A stretch of 64,000 bases of DNA from assembly GCA_044358575.1 (NCBI GenBank), contig JBIKNN010000001.1, positions 312,461 to 376,460 on the forward strand, read 5' to 3'. Below, piece by piece: positions 18,955 through 27,256 of this stretch. Positions within the stretch are counted from its first letter, which is position 1. Each line of letters starts with the position of its first letter. Under the pieces are notes generated by a model that saw only the letters and a list, made by a program, of their open reading frames with translations, had not been told where the DNA came from and searched no databases. The stretch comes from Crocinitomicaceae bacterium (GTDB lineage Bacteria; Bacteroidota; Bacteroidia; Flavobacteriales_D; Crocinitomicaceae). The position numbers and the translations under genes are program-made.

Positions 18955-19302
18955 CTATTTTTTTAGACTATCAGGTATAGTTGAATTTGGTGGATCGGGA
19001 AGTTGAATATCCATTTGTAAAGAATCTATTTTATTTAAAAAATTATCTTTTTCTTGTTCTGAAAATGAGCCATTAGATTTCCATTTGTTTCTTTCTTCTG
19101 GACCAAGAGATCGAAGGTAATAGGCAAAAGCTCGTTGATGTGGATTATATCCTGGTTCCAAAGTTGAATCTGGAATGACTTTGGAATAATCTCTGGTGTC
19201 CTCAATTATTATTGGATGAGTTACAACTTTTCTTCTTGTTGAACAACTGATCAATACCATAAAAGTCATCATTACTCCGATAATTAAAATCGAATTTTTC
19301 AT
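18955..19302 (-). CDS. Small hypothetical lipoprotein
   Basis: A lipobox is present (VLISCS). It looks like a tandem paralogue of the 81-aa ORF downstream. Confidence 0.55.
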   Translation of the reverse strand: MKNSILIIGVMMTFMVLISCSTRRKVVTHPIIIEDTRDYSKVIPDSTLEPGYNPHQRAFAYYLRSLGPEERNKWKSNGSFSEQEKDNFLNKIDSLQMDIQLPDPPNSTIPDSLKK

Positions 19303-19597
19303 AACGCGTGTACAGAAGAAAAGAATTATTTATTAAAAGAGCTTAAACAAAAATTTTAGTTTTGTTATTGTTTTAACGCTAATATATTGATTTGGTAACA
19401 TATTTCCTATTTGCCAATATTTATTTAAAAAGAATAGTAATGGAAAAGTCACAAGTGATCCTCACCTCCAAGGTCAGATAATCGGATAGATTAATATAAT
19501 TAACTTTGTTAGAAGTAATATTATTACCTATGAAAGAACTAATAGTCGTAGTATTAACCAATGTAGAGTTTTCCTCTACTGTAGAATAATTTCAGAA

Positions 19598-20185
19598 ATG
19601 GAGGAATTACTGAATTATTTTGGGCTTTCATTCACTGCAAGTAAGTTTTTACCTTATTTTATTGCTGTTTTTCTTGGAATTGTTTTTTCAAAACTGCTTT
19701 ACAGGCATATTTCTGCATCTAAAATTATACGCATCCTATTTATTACGCTAATTACTGTATTGCCATTTGGAATTTATTTTGCAATTCTTCCTATTTTTGA
19801 AGGCGACATATCTAATGAGGGAATTAATATTAAAAATAACTTAGACTTACCAAAGAACAAAGATTTATTAATTATTGCCTTGGCCGATTGCCCCTACTGT
19901 ATTCAATCTCAAAAAACTATAAAAATTATTCATCAAAAAAACACAAAAATAAAAGCCGAATATTTAATTGTAAACGGAACCAAGCAAGACTCTATTAGAT
20001 ATGCGCGCATGTTGAATGGTTTTGCAAGCTGTAGAACTATGAAAAATAGCATCCCTTTATTACAGATTATTCAGGGGAGTTTCCCATCCTTTATTTTAGT
20101 TCGGAAAGGAAAATTAAATAAAGTTTGGAGTAATAATACTTTTAGCGTTAGAGCTTGGGATGAAGTTGTTTCTTGTATCCAATGA
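19598..20185 (+). CDS. Membrane-anchored thioredoxin/glutaredoxin-like protein (CPYC motif)
   Basis: Two to three N-terminal TM helices are followed by a ~120-aa domain with LIIALADCPYCIQ, a CxxC redox motif preceded by a beta-strand as in the Trx fold. Confidence 0.5.
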   Translation: MEELLNYFGLSFTASKFLPYFIAVFLGIVFSKLLYRHISASKIIRILFITLITVLPFGIYFAILPIFEGDISNEGINIKNNLDLPKNKDLLIIALADCPYCIQSQKTIKIIHQKNTKIKAEYLIVNGTKQDSIRYARMLNGFASCRTMKNSIPLLQIIQGSFPSFILVRKGKLNKVWSNNTFSVRAWDEVVSCIQ

Positions 20186-20246
20186 TTTTTTTCTAAATTC
20201 TTAGTGAATTCAAGTAATTCATTTTTCAAAATGTTACTTTTGTGCT

Positions 20247-21407
20247 ATGTCTGAAAAAAATGGGATTGCCATTCTTGGATCAACTGGGTCAATCGGAACA
20301 CAAGCACTGGAGGTGATAGAAAATCACCCTGATTATTTTGACTTACAAGTTCTTACTGCAGGAAAAAATGCAGACTTATTAATTGAGCAAGCAAAAAAAT
20401 ATCAGCCTAATACAGTTGTTATTGGTGATGAGGATTCCTACCAGAAAGTAAAAGATGCTCTTTGGGGAGAAAACATTCATGTTTATTGTGGAGAAGACGC
20501 ATTGTGTCAAGTTGTTGAAGCAACAAATGTGCATACTGTTCTTACGGCACTCGTAGGTTACGCTGGATTAAAACCAACAATTCATGCTATCGAAGCGGGA
20601 AAAACCATTGCCCTAGCAAATAAAGAAACTTTAGTTGTAGCTGGAGAATTTATCACAAAATTAGCAAGAGAAAAAGGCGTAAATATTTACCCTGTAGATT
20701 CTGAGCATTCAGCTATTTTTCAATGCCTAGTTGGCGAGTTTCACAATCCAATAGAAAAAATATATTTGACAGCTTCTGGTGGTCCTTTTCGAGGATTTTC
20801 GATTTCAGACTTACAAAAAGTAACTTTAGAACAAGCTCTAAAACACCCAAACTGGTCAATGGGAGCTAAAATAACAATTGATTCTGCTTCATTAATGAAC
20901 AAAGGATTAGAGGTTATTGAGGCTAAATGGCTTTTTAATTTAAAGCCAGAGCAAATTGACGTAATCGTTCACCCGCAATCGATTGTACATTCGTTAATTC
21001 AATTCCAAGATGGAAGTATGAAGGCTCAAATGGGTTTGCCTGACATGAAACTACCAATTCAATATGCCTTGAGTTATCCAAATCGTTTACCAACTAATTT
21101 TCCGCGCTTTAATTTTATGGATTATCCCAACTTAACTTTTGAAGCACCAAATCGTGAGGTATTTAAAAACTTAGATCTTGCTTATCGTGTTATGGATGAG
21201 TTAGGAACAAGTGCATGCGCATTAAATGCCGCAAATGAAGTTGCGGTAGACGCATTTTTAAATAAAAAAATTAGCTTCTTGGAAATTGGCGAGCTCAATG
21301 AAACGGTTGTAAATGAGACAAAGAATATTTTAAATCCTAGCTACCAAGATTACGTTAACTCCGACCAAAATGCGAGAGAAAAAGCACTGCAATTACTCCG
21401 CAAATAA
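20247..21407 (+). CDS. dxr: 1-deoxy-D-xylulose 5-phosphate reductoisomerase
   Basis: ILGSTGSIGTQAL, LANKE, DSEHSAIFQC and NKGLEVIEA are present. Confidence 0.95.
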   Translation: MSEKNGIAILGSTGSIGTQALEVIENHPDYFDLQVLTAGKNADLLIEQAKKYQPNTVVIGDEDSYQKVKDALWGENIHVYCGEDALCQVVEATNVHTVLTALVGYAGLKPTIHAIEAGKTIALANKETLVVAGEFITKLAREKGVNIYPVDSEHSAIFQCLVGEFHNPIEKIYLTASGGPFRGFSISDLQKVTLEQALKHPNWSMGAKITIDSASLMNKGLEVIEAKWLFNLKPEQIDVIVHPQSIVHSLIQFQDGSMKAQMGLPDMKLPIQYALSYPNRLPTNFPRFNFMDYPNLTFEAPNREVFKNLDLAYRVMDELGTSACALNAANEVAVDAFLNKKISFLEIGELNETVVNETKNILNPSYQDYVNSDQNAREKALQLLRK

Positions 21408-21412
21408 TACAT

Positions 21413-21904
21413 ATGAAATCAATTCAATTCATAGCAATTCTTCTATTTTTTTGCTCTTGTAATAGCCAAAAATTAGCCATACATGTTGAGAAATGGAAAC
21501 CCTATTGCGGAGGTGCTAAACCAACAGAAGAAATGTCAAAAGGTTTAAAAACTCCTTTTTCAGGTGAAAAATTTAAATTGTATTTTAAAGGTGAAGCAGC
21601 TTCAGAAAAAATTATATCGCTTGACGAAAATGGAAATTGGAAAGGTAAAATACCAAAGAATGTGAGCTGTGAAATTTATCGATTAGATAAAACAATAAGT
21701 CTTGATGAACTTCGCAAAAAATACACAAAAGAACTAGGGAAATTTTATACTACCATTGAAGATAAAGAAATAATTCTTTGGCAAAATCAAGCTGACTTTA
21801 TTATTCCGATTGATTCAAAAAAACCAGTCAGTTTTGACATTCAAGATAAATGTTTTGTTGGATTAAATCCCTACATAAGATACATTGGTCCCTTGCCTCA
21901 ATAG
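21413..21904 (+). CDS. Hypothetical lipoprotein
   Basis: A signal/lipobox is present (LLFFCSCN). I recognise no family. Confidence 0.5.
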   Translation: MKSIQFIAILLFFCSCNSQKLAIHVEKWKPYCGGAKPTEEMSKGLKTPFSGEKFKLYFKGEAASEKIISLDENGNWKGKIPKNVSCEIYRLDKTISLDELRKKYTKELGKFYTTIEDKEIILWQNQADFIIPIDSKKPVSFDIQDKCFVGLNPYIRYIGPLPQ

Positions 21905-21913
21905 AATTAATTT

Positions 21914-22426
21914 TCAGGCTTCAATTCTTGAGTAGTGAAAAATTCGAAAGGAATTAGAATGAACTTCATTTTTTTCTTGGTAACCAATTTCTGTTTTAGA
22001 CCAATTTAAAGCATCAAACTCCGGAAAAAAGGTGTCTGCACCAAATATGCCATCAATATGTGTAATAAACATTTCATTTAAAACAGTAGATGTTAAAGCC
22101 ATACTGTAAATTTCACCACCACCAATTATAAAAATAGTTTTGTCGACTTCATTTTTAAAATGTTCTAAGCAAGTTTCAAAAGAATGAAAAACAAGGCAAT
22201 TATCAGCAGTAAAATTTTTATTGCGTGTCAGAATAACATTCAAACGGTTTGGAAGAGGTCGGTATTTTTCAGGGATTGAATCAAAATTTTTTCTTCCCAT
22301 TACTACAATTTGATTTTTAGTTGTTTCCTTGAAAAACTTCATGTCAGAGGGCAAATGCCACATAAGGTCATTGTTTTTTCCAATTCCACCTTCTAAATCA
22401 ATAGCAACAATTAATGAAACTTTCAT
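21914..22426 (-). CDS. folA: Dihydrofolate reductase
   Basis: GIGKNNDLMWHLPSDMKFFKETT, VVMGRKNFDSIP and IIGGGEIY are present. The stop lies 1 nt from the thyA stop side, giving a thyA-folA operon. Confidence 0.9.
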   Translation of the reverse strand: MKVSLIVAIDLEGGIGKNNDLMWHLPSDMKFFKETTKNQIVVMGRKNFDSIPEKYRPLPNRLNVILTRNKNFTADNCLVFHSFETCLEHFKNEVDKTIFIIGGGEIYSMALTSTVLNEMFITHIDGIFGADTFFPEFDALNWSKTEIGYQEKNEVHSNSFRIFHYSRIEA

Positions 22427-22427
22427 T

Positions 22428-23222
22428 TTAAATGGCTACTGCCGCTTTAATGTGTGGATGAGGGTCATAATTTTCTAATTCAAAATCCTCGTATTTGAAT
22501 GCAAAAATATCTTTGACTTCAGGATTTATTTTCATTTTTGGAAGCGGTCTAAAATCTCGTGCCAATTGTAAATTTGCCTGCTCTATATGATTTGAATACA
22601 AGTGAGCATCTCCCAAAGTATGAATAAAGTCACCGGGCTTTAAATTACAGACCTGAGCAACCATTAAGGTCAATAAGGCATATGAAGCAATATTAAAAGG
22701 AACACCCAAAAATGTATCAGCACTTCTTTGGTATAACTGACAACTCAATTTCCCATCAGCAACATAAAATTGAAAAAAAGCATGGCAAGGAGGAAGCGCC
22801 ATATTCTCAATTTCGGCAACATTCCAAGCAGAAACGATTATGCGTCTTGAATCTGGATTAGTTTTTAACTGAGAAATAATATTGGTAATTTGATCAATTT
22901 GCCGACCGTCTAAACAAGGCCATGAACGCCACTGAGAACCATATACCGGTCCTAAATTTCCATTTTCATCAGCCCACTCATCCCAAATTGAAACATTTTT
23001 CTCTTTTAAATACTGGATATTTGTTTCTCCCTTTAAAAACCAAAGTAACTCGTGAATAATAGACCTCATGTGCACTTTTTTAGTTGTTAAACAGGGAAAT
23101 CCCTCGTTTAAATCAAAGCGCATTTGGTATCCAAAAACTGAAATTGTCCCAGTACCTGTTCGATCTTCTTTTTTTGCTCCCTTGTCTAAAATATGATGAA
23201 GTAAATCGTGATATTGTTTCAT
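22428..23222 (-). CDS. thyA: Thymidylate synthase (ThyA type)
   Basis: MKQYHDLL...DRTGTGT and the active-site PPCH are present. The protein is 264 aa. Confidence 0.97.
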   Translation of the reverse strand: MKQYHDLLHHILDKGAKKEDRTGTGTISVFGYQMRFDLNEGFPCLTTKKVHMRSIIHELLWFLKGETNIQYLKEKNVSIWDEWADENGNLGPVYGSQWRSWPCLDGRQIDQITNIISQLKTNPDSRRIIVSAWNVAEIENMALPPCHAFFQFYVADGKLSCQLYQRSADTFLGVPFNIASYALLTLMVAQVCNLKPGDFIHTLGDAHLYSNHIEQANLQLARDFRPLPKMKINPEVKDIFAFKYEDFELENYDPHPHIKAAVAI

Positions 23223-23399
23223 AAAATTTTTGAATTCTCAGAGACGAAATTACTTTAAAATCTTTTACTAAATAAACTGATTTAACACCTTTTTCTAACA
23301 AGTTACTAACTTTTTTTTTAAAATAAATAAGTTCTATAATCTTTATAGATATTAGGAAAATTGACTTTTTTTTTTTTTATTTTAAAAAAAATTTAATTT

Positions 23400-23464
23400 T
23401 GTTTAATCTTTTTTATAAAACATTAAACATTATTGTTTAACTTTACATCATAAATGTTAAACAA
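23400..23464 (+). promoter_or_regulatory. Two tandem perfect inverted repeats, TGTTTAAT-N14-ATTAAACA and TTGTTTAAC-N14-GTTAAACAA; candidate operator pair upstream of the ECF sigma operon
   Basis: Read directly from the sequence. The arms lie at 23400-23407 / 23422-23429 and at 23433-23441 / 23456-23464. Both have a 14-nt spacer, and their centres are 34 nt apart. The second repeat ends 13 nt before the ATG at 23477. Confidence 0.5.
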
Positions 23465-23476
23465 AAACTTTTTATT

Positions 23477-23989
23477 ATGTCAACTTTAGAATTTAATGAT
23501 GCCTTAATTGGAATTGAAAACAACCTAAAATCATTTGCTTTAAGTTTTACGCGCAATAAAGAAGATGCTTCAGATTTGACCCAAGAAACGATGTTAAAAG
23601 CAATTGTTTATCGTAATTATTACACTCCTCAAACAAATTTTAAAGCATGGGTTTTTACCATCATGCGGAATCTTTTTATTAATCAATACCGTAGAAAGTC
23701 AAAATCAAAAACAATTTTTGATAACTCAAAAGATTTATTTTTAATTTCAAATTCTGCAGGACATGAAGAAACTGCTTTAGAAATTATTTCTGAAAAAGAA
23801 ATTCAAAGTAAAATTCGTACTTTAGGCGATGAATATAAAGCTCCATTTGAAATGCATTTTCAAGGTTTTAAATACAAAGAAATTGCTGATGAGCTGAATA
23901 TTCCAATTGGCACAGTAAAAAGCAGAATTTTCATTGCACGCAAAAAATTAAGCGATTTACTTCCAGATTACTCGTTTTCTGAAAATTAA
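23477..23989 (+). CDS. ECF-type RNA polymerase sigma-70 family factor
   Basis: Region 2 (DLTQETMLKA...FKAWVFTIMRNLFINQYRR) and region 4 (YKEIADELNIPIGTVKSRIFIARKKL) are both present. The protein is 170 aa. Confidence 0.9.
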   Translation: MSTLEFNDALIGIENNLKSFALSFTRNKEDASDLTQETMLKAIVYRNYYTPQTNFKAWVFTIMRNLFINQYRRKSKSKTIFDNSKDLFLISNSAGHEETALEIISEKEIQSKIRTLGDEYKAPFEMHFQGFKYKEIADELNIPIGTVKSRIFIARKKLSDLLPDYSFSEN

Positions 23990-25465
23990 ATGGCAAAAAA
24001 AATTACTATTCTCGGTGCCGGTATTTCTAGTTTATCTAGCGCATGTTTTTTAGCCAAAGAAGGTTATGACGTGACTATTCTTGAAAAGAATGCAACTATC
24101 GGCGGAAGGGGAAGACAATTTTCTGAAAATGGTTTTACCTTTGATATGGGTCCAAGTTGGTATTGGATGCCTGATGTTTTTGAACGATTTTATCAGCAAT
24201 TTAACCACACCTCATCAGATTTTTACGAGTTAAAACGACTTGATCCTTCCTACAGAGTATATTGGTCTGATCAAAGCTATACAGATGTTCCAGCCAACAT
24301 GAAAGAAATTGAAAATTGGTTTGAATCTTTAGAGCCTGGAAGCTCTAAAAAACTTCAGTTATTTTTAAAAGATGCTAAGTTCAAATATGAAGTTGGCATG
24401 CAGGACTTAGTTCACAAGCCAAGTTTGAGCATCTTTGAGTTTGCTGATAAAAGAATTTTAAAGGGTTTAATGAACATGCATTTGTTTTCTTCCTTTTCAA
24501 AATATATTCGAAAATATTTTAAGCATCCAAAAATCCTCTCACTACTTGAATTCCCTGTTCTTTTTTTAGGTGCTATGCCCAACGAAACTCCTGCGCTTTA
24601 TTCTTTGATGAATTATGCTGATATTTCACTTGGAACTTGGTACCCAAAAGGTGGCATGTACAAATTTGTAGAAGCTTTTGAAAAAATAGCAAAAGAACAA
24701 GGCGTCAAAATTCGAACAAATGCAGAAGTCACTGGCTTTGTTGTGGAAAATGATAAAATTATTGCTGCAAAAGTTGGGGAGGAATTTGTTGAAGGTGATA
24801 TCTTTGTTTCCGGAGCCGATTACCAACATACAGATGAAAAATTATTAAAAGAAAATGCAAACTATTCTGATAAATATTGGGACAAAAGAACCATGGCACC
24901 TTCATGTTTATTGTTTTATGTTGGAATTAATAAAAGAGTGACAAATCTTCAACATCACAACTTATTTTTTGATGAATCACTTGATTTTCATGGCAAAGAA
25001 ATTTACATGGATCCAAAATGGCCAACAGCTCCCTTATTTTATCTTTGTGTACCCTCTCTTTCAGATGCTACAGTTGCTCCTGAAAATTCCGAAAATATGT
25101 TTTTCCTAATTCCAATTGCGCCAAATCTAGAAGACTCAGAAGAAATTAGAGAGAAGTATTTTACTATTTTACTTGAACGTTTACAAAAATTAACAGGAAA
25201 TACAATTCAAGAAAATATTGTTTACAAAAAAAGTTATTGTATTTCTGACTTTAAAAAAGATTACAATGCATTTAAGGGAAATGCTTACGGCTTAGCAAAC
25301 ACATTAATGCAAACCGCTATATTGAAGCCGAGATTAAAAAGTAAAAAACTTTCAAATTTTTATTATACTGGTCAATTAACAGTTCCTGGCCCAGGCGTAC
25401 CTCCTTCAATTATTTCCGGTGAAGTTGTAGCGAAAGAAATTATCAAAACACATAGTTTAAACTAA
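23990..25465 (+). CDS. crtI: Phytoene desaturase (CrtI family)
   Basis: The FAD motif ILGAGISSLSSACFLAKEGYDVTILEKN is present. GPSWYWMPDVFE is typical of bacteroidete CrtI. The C-terminus has TVPGPGVP. The ATG follows the sigma gene's stop directly. Confidence 0.9.
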   Translation: MAKKITILGAGISSLSSACFLAKEGYDVTILEKNATIGGRGRQFSENGFTFDMGPSWYWMPDVFERFYQQFNHTSSDFYELKRLDPSYRVYWSDQSYTDVPANMKEIENWFESLEPGSSKKLQLFLKDAKFKYEVGMQDLVHKPSLSIFEFADKRILKGLMNMHLFSSFSKYIRKYFKHPKILSLLEFPVLFLGAMPNETPALYSLMNYADISLGTWYPKGGMYKFVEAFEKIAKEQGVKIRTNAEVTGFVVENDKIIAAKVGEEFVEGDIFVSGADYQHTDEKLLKENANYSDKYWDKRTMAPSCLLFYVGINKRVTNLQHHNLFFDESLDFHGKEIYMDPKWPTAPLFYLCVPSLSDATVAPENSENMFFLIPIAPNLEDSEEIREKYFTILLERLQKLTGNTIQENIVYKKSYCISDFKKDYNAFKGNAYGLANTLMQTAILKPRLKSKKLSNFYYTGQLTVPGPGVPPSIISGEVVAKEIIKTHSLN

Positions 25466-25469
25466 GTTT

Positions 25470-26306
25470 ATGAAACAGATATTCGACGATCTTAGTCAAC
25501 AAATTAGTGAGATAACAACAAAAAAATACAGTACTTCCTTTTCTCTAGGTATAAAATGTCTTCACTCAGATTTACATAAACCAATTTATTCGATTTATGG
25601 TTTTGTTCGATTTGCCGATGAAATTGTAGATTCCTTTGAGGGTTTTGATAAAGCAGAACTTTTGAAAGATTTTAAGATTCAAACATATAAAGCCATTGAA
25701 AGTAAAATTTCCTTGAATCCAATCTTAAATAGTTTTCAGTGGGTTGTAAATAAATACGACGTTCCACATGAATTAATTGAAACGTTTTTAAATTCCATGG
25801 AAATGGATCTTGAAGAGAAAACCTATGACACGGAAAATTATGAAAAATACATACTTGGCTCTGCTGAGGTTGTAGGACTAATGTGTTTAAAAGTATTTGT
25901 TGAAGGGAATGACACAGAATATCAAAGACTAAAGCCAAGTGCAATGAAACTAGGCTCTGCCTTTCAAAAAATTAATTTTTTACGGGATTTGAATGCTGAT
26001 TTTAAAGATCTAGGTCGTTGTTATTTTCCAGGAATAGTCATGAAAGACTTTAATTCAGACATTAAAAAGCAAATCGAAGAAGACATAGAAAAAGATTTTA
26101 TAGCTGGATATAAAGGAATTTTAGAATTACCTCGAAAAGCAAAATTTGGTGTTTATATGGCCTACAAATATTATTTCAAATTATTCAAGAAAATAAAATC
26201 AACTGAGCCAAATGTTATTCTCAATGAGCGCGTTCGACTTCCAAATTATAGAAAAGCACGCATCCTTCTAACTTCAATTATTCGTCTTAATCTCAACCGA
26301 CTATAA
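25470..26306 (+). CDS. crtB: Phytoene synthase
   Basis: It belongs to the squalene/phytoene synthase family: YGFVRFADEIVD (Asp-rich motif 1), YILGSAEVVG and NFLRDLNAD. Confidence 0.9.
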   Translation: MKQIFDDLSQQISEITTKKYSTSFSLGIKCLHSDLHKPIYSIYGFVRFADEIVDSFEGFDKAELLKDFKIQTYKAIESKISLNPILNSFQWVVNKYDVPHELIETFLNSMEMDLEEKTYDTENYEKYILGSAEVVGLMCLKVFVEGNDTEYQRLKPSAMKLGSAFQKINFLRDLNADFKDLGRCYFPGIVMKDFNSDIKKQIEEDIEKDFIAGYKGILELPRKAKFGVYMAYKYYFKLFKKIKSTEPNVILNERVRLPNYRKARILLTSIIRLNLNRL

Positions 26307-26836
26307 TGAATCCAGATTATGTTGTTCTTGTTGATGAATTAGATCAAGAAATTGGTGTAATGGAAAAATTTGCGGCGCATGAACAAGGCAAACTTCATCG
26401 TGCCTTTTCTGTATTTATATTTAATGATAAACACGAATTATTATTACAACGTCGGGCTTTGGGGAAATACCACTCAGAGGGATTATGGTCAAATACCTGC
26501 TGTAGCCATCCAATGCAAGGTGAGGAAATAATTGTAGCAGCTCAAAGAAGGCTCAAAGAAGAAATGGGAATGAGCTGTGATTTAAAACACACTTTTAAAT
26601 TTATTTATCATGCTGAACTCGATAATAACTTAAAAGAACATGAAATCGACCACATTTTAATTGGTTTTTCTAATGAGACACCACATCCAAATCTTGAAGA
26701 AGTGATTGCTTTTAAATGGCTATCGCTAGAGTTTCTTCAAAATGATGTTGAGGTTAACGAAACTGCTTATTCTGCTTGGCTGAAATTATTAATTAGAAAT
26801 CATTACTCACAAATTTTAAATAATTTAAAACCATGA
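26306..26836 (+). CDS. idi: Isopentenyl-diphosphate delta-isomerase, type 1 (Nudix fold)
   Basis: LHRAFSVFIF, the catalytic Cys motif WSNTCCSHP and the EHEI motif are present. Confidence 0.9.
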   Translation: MNPDYVVLVDELDQEIGVMEKFAAHEQGKLHRAFSVFIFNDKHELLLQRRALGKYHSEGLWSNTCCSHPMQGEEIIVAAQRRLKEEMGMSCDLKHTFKFIYHAELDNNLKEHEIDHILIGFSNETPHPNLEEVIAFKWLSLEFLQNDVEVNETAYSAWLKLLIRNHYSQILNNLKP

Positions 26837-27237
26837 GGGTTTGTAGAAGAGCAACATTTAATGCTGCGCACCGCTTGTTTCGTAAGGATTGGTCAGACGA
26901 AAAAAACAATGCTGTATTTGGAAAATGTAATAACCCTAATTTTCACGGTCACAATTATGTTCTCGAAGTATGGATTGAGGGACCTATTGATCCAGCAACT
27001 GGTTATGTAATAGATTTAAAAATTGTGAAAGACCTAATTAAAAATGAAATTACAGATCGTTTTGATCACAAAAACCTAAATTTAGACTGCAAAGAATTTT
27101 TAAATTTAAATCCAACAGCTGAAAATATTGCAGTTGTCTGTTGGAATTTGCTTCGTACAGAATTAGATGCAAAATATGAATTGAGTATCAAACTTTGGGA
27201 AACAGAAAATAACCTCGTAGAATATAAGGGCCAATAA
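26833..27237 (+). CDS. 6-pyruvoyl-tetrahydropterin synthase family protein (PTPS-type C-x5-HGH motif, not QueD-type C-x3-HGH)
   Basis: FNAAHRL and GKCNNPNFHGHNY are present. The latter is nearly identical to the animal PTPS active-site segment as I remember it. The protein is 134 aa. Confidence 0.85.
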   Translation: MRVCRRATFNAAHRLFRKDWSDEKNNAVFGKCNNPNFHGHNYVLEVWIEGPIDPATGYVIDLKIVKDLIKNEITDRFDHKNLNLDCKEFLNLNPTAENIAVVCWNLLRTELDAKYELSIKLWETENNLVEYKGQ

Positions 27238-27256
27238 ATCACTTAAATCAAGAAAA

